Source: Oopsacas minuta
Lineage: Eukaryota > Animalia > Porifera
DNA: 64,000 nt
NCBI GenBank assembly: GCA_024704765.1
Contig: JAKMXF010000099.1
Span: 610,419-674,418 of the forward strand
Direction: 5' to 3'
Numbering within the stretch: position 1 is the stretch's first letter; each line of letters starts with the position of its first letter. Both the position numbers and the translations under genes were made by a program. Of this stretch, positions 14,215 to 26,384 are shown in pieces. The notes beneath the pieces are model-generated. The model did not search any database and was not told the origin of the DNA. It saw nothing but the letters and a program-made list of their open reading frames with translations.

Positions 14215-16950
14215 TAGGAGAGAGGAGATTCAACACATTGGCATGGAGAGAGAGGGAAGTGTGAAGCAAGGGTTCATACGAAGGGAATGGAGATAGTGAA
14301 GCGTACGAATGAGCATCTGCATGCACCTGATGTGCAGGCTACGGCCTGCTGTGAGATAAAGGCCGGCATCAAGAGGAAAGCACGAGACACACAGGATAGC
14401 TCACACCAGATAATCGGTGAGGGTATGCTAACAGCATCAGAGGGTACTGCTGCTAAACTACCTAAGCTGGACAGCCTGAAGCGGACGATACAGCGTCAGC
14501 GTGCAAGTGTATTATCAGCTCCAGTGCAGCCTACCGCCCTAGCAGAGTTGGTTCTACCTGCAGAATACCAGCGGACAGCCAAGGGGGAACAGTTCCTACT
14601 CTATGACTCTGGGGAAGACGATGCACATAGATTCCTCATCTTCGGGACACAACGCAACCTCGGGATGCTACAACAAAGCAAGATCTGGTTAGCTGATGGA
14701 CCTTCAAGACGGCGCCTCCCCTCTTCGCCCAGGTGTATGTGGTGCATGGACTCCGAGGAGGAGACGATCCTATGAAGACTGGTCATCTGTTGCCGAGTCT
14801 GTTCGTGCTGCTGCCCAACAAGACAGAGGATACCTACCGTAGGATGTGGGAGCAGATCCGCATACTCTGTCCTCTCGCCCAGCCTGAACAGATGCTCCTG
14901 GACTTTGAGAAGGGCGCAATTAACAGCTTTGAGCATGTCTGGCCTAACACAGTGGTGAAGTGCTGCTTCTTCCACCTCACACAGAATATCTGGCGCCATG
15001 TGCAGTCTGACTACACACATGACGAAGAGCTGGCCATGCGTATCCGGAAGATACCAGACCTTGCATTCGCCCGACCAGCAGACGTACCCGATCTGTTTGA
15101 GCAAGTGTCAATGGACCTCCCCCTTACGTCTGAAATAGGCGAGCTAGTCGACTACTTTGAGAGGACGTATATCGGTCGCACGCTAGCTACTGGACACCAT
15201 GTAGCGGCGACGTTCCCAATTGGCCTGTGGAACTACCACTTCACCACGCCATTCGGACTCCCCCGTACAACCAACGCCGTAGAGGCATGGCACCGCAGCT
15301 TCAATGCCACTGTCGGCTGCCATCACCCCACCATATGGAAGTTCATCCTAGCCCTCAAGCGTGAGCAGGGCCTAGTGGGGGCGCGGCAGACTGACTACCT
15401 TGCTGGGAAGCCGCCAACCAAGCGGAGAAGGTCCCAACAGAGTGAACAAGTGTTGAAGACTCTAGCTGGAGAATATTATTCGCCAAATCATACTAAAACA
15501 AAGTTCCATACAAGTGTATACACCATCTCAGCCTGAGAACGGATGTTAATCTCCCGTATTATCTATACCTCAAATAAATTTGATTTTGAGATAATACTTT
15601 AGATTAACATGTTAATCCGCTCCCAGACCGAAATGATGTGCTAGACCTTGCAAGAACTCCATCTTAGTACGATTTGGTGAATAATAGTCTCCGACTAGAG
15701 TCCTCAACGCTTGTTCACTCTGTTGGGACCTCCTCTGCTTGGTTGGCGGCTTCCCAGCAAGGTAGTCAGTCTGCCGCGCCCCCACTAGGCCCTGCTCACG
15801 CTTGAGGGCTAGGATGAACTTCCATATGGTGGGGTGATGGCAGCCGACAGTGGCATTGAAGCTGCGGTGCCATGCCTCTACGGCGTTGGTTGTACGGGGG
15901 AGTCCGAATGGCGTGGTGAAGTGGTAGTTCCACAGGCCAATTGGGAACGTCGCCGCTACATGGTGTCCAGTAGCTAGCGTGCGACCGATATACGTCCTCT
16001 CAAAGTAGTCGACTAGCTCGCCTATTTCAGACGTAAGGGGGAGGTCCATTGACACTTGCTCAAACAGATCGGGTACGTCTGCTGGTCGGGCGAATGCAAG
16101 GTCTGGTATCTTCCGGATACGCATGGCCAGCTCTTCGTCATGTGTGTAGTCAGACTGCACATGGCGCCAGATATTCTGTGTGAGGTGGAAGAAGCAGCAC
16201 TTCACCACTGTGTTAGGCCAGACATGCTCAAAGCTGTTAATTGCGCCCTTCTCAAAGTCCAGGAGCATCTGTTCAGGCTGGGCGAGAGGACAGAGTATGC
16301 GGATCTGCTCCCACATCCTACGGTAGGTATCCTCTGTCTTGTTGGGCAGCAGCACGAACAGACTCGGCAACAGATGACCAGTCTTCATAGGATCGTCTCC
16401 TCCTCGGAGTCCATGCACCACATACACCTGGGCGAAGAGGGGAGGCGCCGTCTTGAAGGTCCATCAGCTAACCAGATCTTGCTTTGTTGTAGCATCCCGA
16501 GGTTGCGTTGTGTCCCGAAGATGAGGAATCTATGTGCATCGTCTTCCCCAGAGTCATAGAGTAGGAACTGTTCCCCCTTGGCTGTCCGCTGGTATTCTGC
16601 AGGTAGAACCAACTCTGCTAGGGCGGTAGGCTGCACTGGAGCTGATAATACACTTGCACGCTGACGCTGTATCGTCCGCTTCAGGCTGTCCAGCTTAGGT
16701 AGTTTAGCAGCAGTACCCTCTGATGCTGTTAGCATACCCTCACCGATTATCTGGTGTGAGCTATCCTGTGTGTCTCGTGCTTTCCTCTTGATGCCGGCCT
16801 TTATCTCACAGCAGGCCGTAGCCTGCACATCAGGTGCATGCAGATGCTCATTCGTACGCTTCACTATCTCCATTCCCTTCGTATGAACCCTTGCTTTACA
16901 CTTTCCTCTCTGCTCACCTGCCAATGTGTCATTTCTCCAACTCTCCTATG
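14215..16950. repeat. ~2.7-kb fold-back palindrome (inverted duplication of the MULE transposase)
   Basis: 14264-15423 is the reverse complement of 15737-16896 (identical translations in overlapping frames). Ungapped imperfect pairing of 15543-15575 with 15578-15610 leaves a 2-nt loop at 15576-15577. Confidence 0.95.
14235..15536 (+). pseudogene. 5'-truncated inverted copy of the MULE transposase
   Basis: ORFs 14287-14775 and 14733-15536; motifs WLADG(T)FK (frameshifted), LLDFEKGA, CFFHLTQNIWR and RTTNAVEAWH. Confidence 0.92.
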
Positions 16951-17037
16951 CATCACATATACGTATCCTCCTTCTAACATCTTTTCTCCTCCCTTGTTCG
17001 TTCTGATCAGCCTGAAGGAGGGCTGATCAGGATCCAT
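15612..17037 (-). pseudogene. FLYWCH-MULE transposase, full length but frameshifted
   Basis: ATG at 17037 (MDPDQPSFRLIRTNKGGEKMLEGGYVY..THWQ, FLYWCH-like). Frameshifts in FLYWCH (about 16920) and at ADG/TFK (about 16460); C-terminus EFLQGLAHHFG. Confidence 0.92.
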
Positions 17038-17176
17038 TGATAAAATGAGATTGTTGATTAAAAGAATATAAAAATGTAGCAAGTAATATTTAGCTGATAA
17101 TACAAGCTGAAAATAATACAATTGCAACATTTACATAAAACTACAAAGGTGACTCCATGTTTACTGGCAAACGTAC

Positions 17177-17242
17177 AATTAATTTCGCATCTTCTCCATC
17201 AAAGGAATTAATTTCGCATCTTCTCCATCAAAAGAATTAATT
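17177..17242. repeat. 29-bp tandem duplication inside the MULE 5' region
   Basis: AATTAATTTCGCATCTTCTCCATCAAAGG twice (one mismatch) plus a partial third copy. Confidence 0.85.
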
Positions 17243-17399
17243 ACTACGTATGTATTTCTGATATAGATTCGTTACCTTTACTATAAATCATCTTACCTCA
17301 CTTTGCTAGCACAGAACTTCTATGTTTAGGTTTACGATATCAAAACTGTAACATTAGATTCTTCCGAAATCATTCATCCCAAATTAATTGATTATATTT

Positions 17400-17573
17400 G
17401 CAATATTATTTAGCCATTTAAAACCTGTTAAATTATTAACAAACATTGACCAATCAAAAGTGGAGCGAAATGTAGTGGAACGTTTTGTCGCTGGAACGTT
17501 TTGTCGTGGAACATTTTGTCGCTGGAACATTTTGTCTGGAACATTTTGTCGTGGAACGTTTTGTCGGTATCCG
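17400..17573. repeat. Right MULE TIR with ~15-16-bp tandem subrepeats
   Basis: About 6 copies of (G/C)TGGAAC(A/G)TTTTGTC; reverse complement of the left TIR. Confidence 0.9.
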
Positions 17574-18389
17574 CTTATGTATAGTAGGCTATTATGTGAA
17601 GAAATCTAACTGAAAGACTATTTAATTGTTAAAGATGCCATGAAATAGACCCTGCATTACCTATTACTTGAGGCACAACTTATTTAATCTGTATATTCAC
17701 GAGTACATTAATTATGAGAGCTAGGTTTCCACCTGAGGATATATCACAATTAAGTTTCCATTGGGGAGATATGCATATCACTAACAAATATTGAATATAC
17801 CCCTGAAGGTCTCTATTGCTTATAGAAACGCTTTTGAAAAATGTTCAGAATGTGTGACAAGTATGTATGTGGTAAAGAGAGAATCATAATTTAGTGACCT
17901 GGGTCCCTTCAGGCGTCGAGCACTGGGGATTTTTATTATGGTGGGTAAAGGCCACTCTAAAATTATCAATATATGGGTCAAATATAATACTGTAACCTTG
18001 GTTTTGGTGCCCCTGGATAGTACGATTAATGAAAGTATATCAGCTTTCTTGGATCTAGAATAAGAGACAATTATGTTTTGAAATTTTAGCTTAAGTCTAC
18101 ATAATTGGGAATTGGAAACTATACTTCCGAAATTGTGTAATAACAAGAAACAGATAATCGAACAAATTAAAATTATTGAATTTTTTTCATGATCTTTGAG
18201 CGGCCAGTGAGGCAACAATAATGTCTTGGCGGTCGACTGATGGTTCGCTGACTTATTAAATCTTAAGATATATCTAATGACTCTTGATATCTTTGAATAG
18301 AATATTTATCAAAAGAAATCCCTAATGGTACGAAAACTGAAAATGTTGGAACATTTTACCACTATGCCAATCCTAACAAGTGACATGTT

Positions 18390-18750
18390 TATGATGCCAG
18401 TTGCAGATAGATCGGCTTCTACACTATTCCATTGATTCACGAATTTATTCGTCCAGGAAAAATCATAATGTCTGACCAATGTGCTTCCTATAGTCAAACA
18501 TACCCCAAAACATTTCCTCATTATACAGCTAATCATAGCGAAAATATTTTGATCCACAACATTCGCACATGCGGAAACCATTGAATCGGCTTGAGGGCAT
18601 TTTATATAAAGAAGTAAACATTCGGTGACAAGTAATCCGTGACTCCTTAATATACTTCTGGTAGAACATTGCTGGAGGAAGAAAAATTGTTCAAACAGTT
18701 TCGAGAACATCATTTCTGAAATTCTGTCACAGTATCCTGCAGTATAGTCT
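18390..18750 (+). pseudogene. Merlin / IS1595(ISXO2)-like transposase remnant, C-terminal half
   Basis: Plus-strand frames read FMMPVADRSASTL..IRPGKIIMSD..YTANHS..ETIES..VEHCWRK, homologous to the copy at 28.9-29.1 kb. Confidence 0.75.
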
Positions 18751-18929
18751 TCAAATTTAGATATTATTAGCATGAAATGCCTTCTTCCTTAATAATCAGC
18801 ATTTCATGTTTTATACGAATGTGTGTTATACCATTCTTCTACGGTCCCGCTACTAGGCATTGGGCTACTTATAAACCAAAACTTATTGAGATATGTTAGC
18901 ATCACTATTTATTTTAGAAATAGTAATAA

Positions 18930-20272
18930 CAGTCTGTTACATATTTTTTTAGAATGTTACTTCAGCCAAAAATTATTAGAGTTACAGTATACATTACCAT
19001 ATATACCCCAAATTGAGAGTGAAGTAATAAATCCTAATAATTAATAGGATACCCGTTGCCCTCTACTACTAGTTGGCACCTTCTGTGCATTGATTCCCAG
19101 TAAGCTTTAAGAAAATCTGGCTGAATATGATTCCAGACCGCTTCTAAATTGAGTTTCAGTTCTGGAATTGTCCTTGGGCCTAGCTTAAGTATCTCTCGCT
19201 TCACCAATGCAAATAAATTTTCAATGGGGTTAAGATTTGGATTTTGTGAAGGCCATGGAATCTGATTTGGTACATTATGTGTCACCAGGTTCGGACCTTT
19301 TGCGAGGTGGGTTTTGGATCATTCTCCATCACCAATCGCCAGTGACTTTCATGATATACCTGTGCCTGAGTTATCAAATATCCTTCCATTATATCTAAAA
19401 ACATTCCACTGTTCATATTGTTAATGAAAACGCACAATGGGAATGTACCCATAGATGAGAATGTAGCCCACACGTGTATCTTGGGGCATGCTTCGTTGTT
19501 GGGGCGATCCTTTTTTTGTTGGATTTTATCCACATCCTTAATCTTCCCCTTGAGAGCCAGATTGACATCTCGTCAAGAAATATTGTTTGGACCCATTGTT
19601 TCTTCGAGTATTTGTACTTTTTGGCCCATTCTATCCTGTATATGCGATTTTTTCACTCAGTATAAGGATCTGAACAGGGTAGCTTTGTTGTAAGATTTGT
19701 CCTTCAACACTCTCCGGACAGTCTAACAGGAAGCCTTATTACCTGTACGACTTGGTAATGTTCGCAAAGAGAGGTATGGTTTACATCGTACCCGGTGAAA
19801 AATAGACAATTTGATGGAAGATCGCAAGTTATTGGGTTTCCCTTCGCCCTTTTGGTGAGATAGCGGTACACCTTTATCTAATCGGCGTTTAACATTATAA
19901 ACTGTAGCTAAGGAAATTCCACAATTAACAGGGATTTCTCTGGGCAAAAGCTTCCCGGATTGTAGAAGTGTCTTCACAATTTCCCTCTTCTCGTATTGAG
20001 TCATTTTCAGAGCTAATTGTCAAGTAGGGAAATAATTATGGTAAATAATAGTAATGGAGGTCAAAATGGATATTAAAATGACGTCATAATTAATATTAAA
20101 GAGTAAAATTTCCGGAAAAAATAAGATAATGTCTTGGTTCAGGGAATTTTAGCAAAAATATATCATTGAGCCATTATGAACAGCAAAACACAAGTAGCCT
20201 GAATGAAGTTAGACAAAGTACTGAGGTTTTGTAACAAAACATCTCCATTCTAGATAATTAGGTAACAGACTG
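18930..20272 (-). mobile_element. Tc1-like (DD34E) element, degraded
   Basis: TIR CAGTCTGTTAC at 18930 and GTAACAGACTG ending 20272 followed by TA. ORF pieces 19723-20004 (HTH), 19282-19533 (IHVWATFS, ENDPKPT) and 19034-19285 (WPSQNPNLNPIENLF). Confidence 0.85.
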
Positions 20273-21234
20273 TATAGTACCAAATTTAATGTAACTGGTT
20301 TTTGGATTTTCGAATATCGCATTTTGACACATAAAATAGGGCACTAGTTATGAGCCGCTGTCTTATTTTGTTTTGTTAAATGTGTTTCCGCTGAAGTTCG
20401 CAAATACATGTTTGTAAATGCTGCCTTTTGAGATCCATAGCGCTTATTGGAAAACAATACATTGTTTACAATTGTAGCCCACAAATATATTACTTTTACT
20501 TCATTTTTGAAGTGATATACATTAGATCCCTGGCCCGACATCTATGATAATTAGGTCTTTGCCAAGTATTAATTATAATTGGTGTAATTGGATGCATTTT
20601 GTTGCCTTTACTCATTATCGAAAATAAAAATGTGCACTGTGTATCTTTTGTCAGAAATATTTTACATAATGTCTGTAACTTCCAGGAATATAATGTCTTG
20701 TCGTTTCACATTCTTTTTGTACGTTGTTACACTCCTATTTCAGCAAAGCAAAGTTAAGCTCAAAGTCTCCTACTCCTTAACCTCAGTATGCAATATGCAC
20801 TTCCAATTATCATGCTTAGTCCAATTCAAGCAATTCTGATAGTTATCTTTGCATCTGGTCAATAGTACAATTTTCTCCATATTCTTTTGCTTCGTAGCCA
20901 AAAATGTTCCAACTTTTTCAGTTTTCATCCCATTTGAGATTTCTTTTCATTAATATTCTTTTTCTGAACACATTCTATTCAATACAATTGACAGTGATTT
21001 AATATATCTTAACAATAACACCAGGTACATTAGTGTCATTGTACAAAGTCCTACCAGGAGTGTACGAAAAATGTCTCTTTATTTGGATACAAACAACGAA
21101 TCTAGGATTTCAAGTATGATTTGGGCATGAAGGCATAAAATCCCAAAATGTAGCTTGTTGCTTGTCAAATTTTAGAGACTATAAAAAACATATCAAATAT
21201 TTCTCGTTTTACTGATTTGTCGCACAATCAAATC

Positions 21235-21540
21235 CTTTTCTCAAATGAGAAATTATTCACTGTTCAGGATGTACTGTGTATCAAATCAAGATGTTAGAAG
21301 CTGCTAAGAAACAATCATTACATCCAGAACTTATCGCGCTCATGGAACTCAAAAACCTTTCTCTCTTGTGGTTTGGACGCGGGGGTGACATCAACTACTC
21401 GAAAGTCTTTGTAGTCATTCCCTATGTGGTCAAAATCAACCAGCTGGTGTATCGTGAGGCTATTCTTTATAAGGTTTTGAAGCCCTACGCACAGAAGCAT
21501 TGTAAAAGTATATCCTCGATGGGATTATTTTTGAATTGCT
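21235..21540 (+). pseudogene. Tc1/maT transposase internal fragment
   Basis: FSNEKLFTV...TQKPFSLVVW...VKINQLVYREAILYKVLKPYAQKH across frameshifts. Confidence 0.6.
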
Positions 21541-24469
21541 TGACGAAATGATAAGAGATAGGTACTTGAAATTTGGAATGTTTGCGAAATTTAACAATTC
21601 AGGGAAAAAGTTCTATGATCGAAGCGATATCTAAAGATCAAATTTGATGGTTTACCAATTATGCCAATACCTACCGATCAGATGTTACATTTTAATACAG
21701 GTTAATTATAATACAAATTATTACTCAAGGGTTTCAATTTCGCAAATGTTTCGAATGCTACATCTTTAAATATGCAACTATGTTGTTTAATTCAAATTAC
21801 GTGGTAATCAACTGAAGTAACTTATATTGTGGCCGATATTTACATAATTTTGCCGACTATATTGCATAGTTTCTCAGTACTATGATTGAGTAGTATATGT
21901 GTTCACGCTCCTGTTCACACCAATAGAGATTAAGGTACCAAATCTTGCAGGTACATTCATTATGGTCTCTACCTCTGGATGTGCACCTGACAATTTTTTA
22001 ATGTGTATATTTTCACATCTTTTCTCTCACTTTCATAGACCATCAGATTCTACAGTTTTGGAAATTCCGGTTAAGGGTAGAAATTTGTTCTGGTACAGTG
22101 TATGTATTGTATTATCACAGTATTCTAAATATTTGTATTGGTTATAGACCGTAATTCTATTCGTCAATATACCCTATGAAATATATATATATACATGAAT
22201 GTATTATTTGATTGTTCATATTTTGACATCCTTTGGGCAATATTGCAAAAATGTTATAGATATTAGGTCCACTTGCTAATTAGGGGTAAAAGGGAGATAT
22301 AAATCGATTCTGATGCTTTCTAATGTCTAACCAGATTTTTTGCTTACAATGTTCAAATTTTCTTTCCTAATTGGATTATTGATTGAATATTATTTACTCA
22401 CTAATCAATTATAATAAATTTACCGAAATCACCACACCACAGACTATTTTAATGGTAATACGATTATTTTGTATGATTTGAAATATTGTCTTTATAATTG
22501 ACCTATATAATTCTATCCGTTATTATAGTACCTATCTCTACTATTATATAAACACAATAAATCGCAATTAATCTGTGTATGTGTATGTTTGTAAATATAT
22601 ATATATATAAGTTTACATGTCCAGAATTGATTATTGAAACTGGAAGACCCCAGGGCTGATTTTCCAGACAGGGTTATTTTGGGGCGTGCACGGACAAGTT
22701 CGAGTCTTGGAAGAGAATTCAGAGCTGTAACGAAATTATGACTTCATTTTCCCCTTTATGAATTTTCAAAATCACATCATTAACCACTGATCAGCCAATC
22801 TACATCTTTGAATTTGAATTTTGAATCACAAGTACCCCTCAATGTGACAAATGTCCTAATGCCATGATTCTGACCAAAGGCTAACTCATCATGAGATTAT
22901 TACGTCATCATGACGGAGCGCATGCAGTTTTTAGAATTTTGAAGTTGTCATTTATTAGAGTCATGCAAACCTTTACTAGTTAGAATCACTATAATTTTCT
23001 TCTTTTGTTGCAATTTTCAAGCGCTTCCTCATCTGTATGGATTTTATCTACAATGGTTTAACTTTCAATAATTATTTGACATCCTTTTATCGTATAGTGA
23101 CAATAAGCAATATTATGTCAATTATTGATTCACACTTCTAGTATTTAAGAATAACTAAACAATGTATATCGGCCATTTCATATAATTTCATACGTTACAA
23201 ATTATTTCAGGATGGAATATACTATTAAAGGATAGAAACGCAGTATCGGAAAGGTATTTACAACTTCAGATGGAAATAAATACATACAATCGAAATTCAA
23301 GGGGAATCTACTTTAGATGCGTATTATTCAGGCGTAAATGCAGAGGAACGAGCAAGTTAGACTGTGATACTGGATTGATAACTCCTCTAAGGCAACACAA
23401 TTATGATGTATATGAATGTAGATCAGAGATTTATCATCTGAAGACCAAATGCAAAACTATTGCCAAAACTTCTCAAGCCAACCTCCGAAAGGTATTTTGA
23501 TGATACTACCAGAGATGACCCACACGCATGTGATGTTTCTTTTCCTGGATGTGAATCATCCATGTACCGTGCTCGGAAACAGTAGAACCTGGTATACCTT
23601 TGAACGCATCGAAATTCTGTGCCATAATCCTAACTACTCAATTAGGAAAATTCTTCAAGTTTAGTGCAATCAAATTGGAGTGGGTTTTCTTCTCAGAACG
23701 AATGAGTGGATTTCTTTCTGAAGTTAGCAGTATCCAATTTGACAGTACTTTTTATACTGTTCCTAAATAATTTACGCAATTGTGGACTATATTTGTGTTG
23801 GTAAGAAGACATGCTCTGCCAGCAAACACTGCTTAATGTCAGGGAAAAGTCAGGACTTGTATCAAGCCTTACTTGATAATCTTTTCAGTAAAATCGCCAA
23901 CTTTAGACCATTGACATCGATGTCAGATTGGGAGCAAGCACCTAAAACACAATTAAAGAAGTACTCCCTCTAAAAACAAGGTACGGATGTTGGTTGTATT
24001 TTACCCAACGCATCTAGGCCAAAACGCAAAAAGATCGGACTTGCTCAAGATTTAATGCATAGTCAAGAAGTCTCGAATTATAGAAGGCAAATAATGGTCT
24101 TACCCTTTTTGCTAGCTTCTCTGATCAATCCTACTTTTGCCCTTCTTCAGACACCGGATTTGAAAAATCTCGATAATGCAAAACTTTAAAAACTGAAACA
24201 ATACTTCAGAAGATGTTGGTTAAATCAAATTACACCCAAGGGGTTATCCATACTCGATCTAACTATCACAGCTATTAATGGAGCTGAGACTTATCACTCT
24301 AAGCTAAAATCAATAATAATACACACAAGTCATCCGAAGATTTGAACTTTTCTATCTACTCTCAATCAGATAATACTAGATACAGCAACGATATTGGGCG
24401 CTTGTTTTTCGGTCTAGAGATAAGTAGATCTCAAAACAGAAGAATGTCCGAAATTTTGTACGCAAGATA

Positions 24470-24796
24470 GTGCTAAAACAGAAGTTTAGTGATGGACAAC
24501 TAAATCCTTGGGAGTTTCTCAATGCAATCAGTCCCACTATCGGCAGCTTAAAGACTAATGATAGTGTACTCTCTAGTAACGATTCAGAGCATTCCGATTC
24601 GGAGGGTGATGACATACCTAGGGAAGAAAATAAATGCGTAGTATGCCTTGCAATACGTACTTCTACATGGATTTTCATGCCCTGTAGGCATGCGAACTGT
24701 TGTAAAAGTTGTAGCCAAAATATTAAAGACCTTGGACAATCATGCCCTGTCTGTCTCGCTGATATTGAGAACATGGTCCCTATCTTCATCAATTAG
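24470..24796 (+). pseudogene. Terminal MULE helix, acidic linker and C3HC4 RING finger
   Basis: One frame: KFSDGQLNPWEFLNAISPTIG..NDSEHSDSEGDD..CVVC-x12-CRHANCCKSC-x10-CPVC. Confidence 0.85.
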
Positions 24797-24959
24797 AGTC
24801 CAATATACTAGTCATATTATAGTTTTTCGTACTGTTTCGCTGTTATTATATCTGTACTTACATTGCTAGTATGTTTACTTATTTAATTATTAAGTGTATT
24901 GTCTACAAATGAATATAGCAACCTGATCTTGAATTTTAGACGACTACGACAAACTGCAA

Positions 24960-25075
24960 GGTTACCTCAATAAATGATTCTAACAAGTGAAGGTTGCCTC
25001 AATGAATGATTCTGACAAATGGAGGTTACCTCAATAAATTATTCTAACAAGTGAAGGTTTGCATGATTCTAACAA
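24960..25075. repeat. ~33-bp degenerate tandem repeats inside the right end of the MULE-RING element
   Basis: Three to four copies of ..CCTCAAT(A/G)AATGATTCT(A/G)ACAA(G/A)TG(A/G)AGGTT.. Confidence 0.75.
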
Positions 25076-26384
25076 ATGACGACTTCCAAATTTTAACAAA
25101 TGCTGCGCCGCCATCATGACTGTACAAAAAGTTGAAAATGTTCCAAATTTAAAAATTGAGAATTTCCCAAAATCCGAGATACGAAGTGCGAGATTACTAA
25201 CCAAAAGCGATATAACATTTCTAGTCTCACCACAGATGGCCATTGAACGTAATTTGGAGGGACCATGGATAATACAAAATTTAAATATTAGGTGAATTCG
25301 GTTTAGCCCGCTAGTATATTATTAAAACGCAATTTATCTGTATGCTGAAAAGCTATTGGGAATTGATTATGAAGAATCACCACTTATTCCCTTCTAAATA
25401 TTTCCACTTGCTGCAACAATATAGCAATTAGATGGATCATAAGAATAAATAGTCTATTTATGAATAGAACAATTTAAGGTACAATTTTTATATCTTACCT
25501 CACCCTGATTTTTAAATATCTCGTAAATACTGTTATTTGTATCTGATAGAGTAGGTCAATGATGAACCTAGCCACAAACCGGGCCCTCATCGAGGCAAAA
25601 TTGATCAAGTTTCGTATTAAGCGTATATAAGGCGAATCCTATTGGAAATATTTGTTACATTATACTAGGGTTTTATTGTCTATACTGCCTAGTGAGTAAA
25701 GCTTATCATTGAAAACACTTCATTTACACACTATTCCTGATTCAAACACTTTTAATTGGATGATCAAACATTTGCTCTGCTTAATTACACAAACCAAACG
25801 TGACTTATAGTTATAATACCAAGTCTCAGACTTGTGATTGTTTCGCAATATAAAATGCAAAACAATGACATAGAATTCATTTTTGATTGAATTGTAATAC
25901 TTACTACAGTAGATTCTGTATATGATGATTGAAACACGCTACCTTTGATACGTTATCTTCAATTTTGCCTGAAAGTGAACGTGGTTTTGACAGATTTACA
26001 TTGGGTTTTGATACGACTATATTACAGAGTGACCAGATGTCCTTTTTTTGGAGGGACAGTATTTCTTCTTGGACTAACTGTCTTCCTTCCATTTCGTTCT
26101 TTGTCCTTCTTATCCTTCTTTGTCCATATTTTTCCCGTTTTAACTTTATTTTATCATCCAAACCTAGAATATGGTACAAAAAGAGTATTTCACTCTGAAT
26201 TTTCTCATGGTATATTTTCATTTCTGTAACTAATATTTATTTCAGAAATTTGCCCAGATTCTTTACATTAATTTCTTTGAGCTATAATTCCCATGTTATA
26301 ATTTCATGCGTTGTTTATTTGATACTGTTAGGTTAAGCCTACCATACACGATGCAACTTCGTTTAGGCAACAAGGTAACATATA

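Larger units (their letters stand above)
12942..17573 (-). mobile_element. MULE (Mutator-like) transposon with long subrepeat-containing TIRs and an internal inverted duplication
   Basis: Exact 9-bp TSD CTTATGTAT at 12933-12941 and 17574-17582; TIRs about 12942-13080 and 17400-17573; FLYWCH plus MULE DDE transposase inside. Confidence 0.95.
22905..25120 (+). mobile_element. MULE with FLYWCH-like N-terminus and C-terminal RING finger, degraded
   Basis: ~85-bp imperfect inverted repeats at about 22905-22990 and 25040-25120. Fragments FRCVLFRRKCRG, HCLMSGKSQDLY..MSDWE and INGAETYHSKLK..HPKI. No TSD found. Confidence 0.8.

Noticed and set aside
14601-15104. 167-aa minus-strand ORF and its twin at 16056-16559
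   Set aside because: Antisense shadow of the GC-richer MULE transposase; no domain.
17820-18218. 132-aa minus-strand ORF
   Set aside because: No recognisable motif; composition typical of a chance ORF in AT-rich DNA.
18309-18773. 154-aa minus-strand ORF
   Set aside because: Antisense to the Merlin remnant on the plus strand.
25904-26229. Overlapping ORFs of 89-105 aa as a host exon
   Set aside because: No domain or convincing splice pair; cannot be supported without RNA data.
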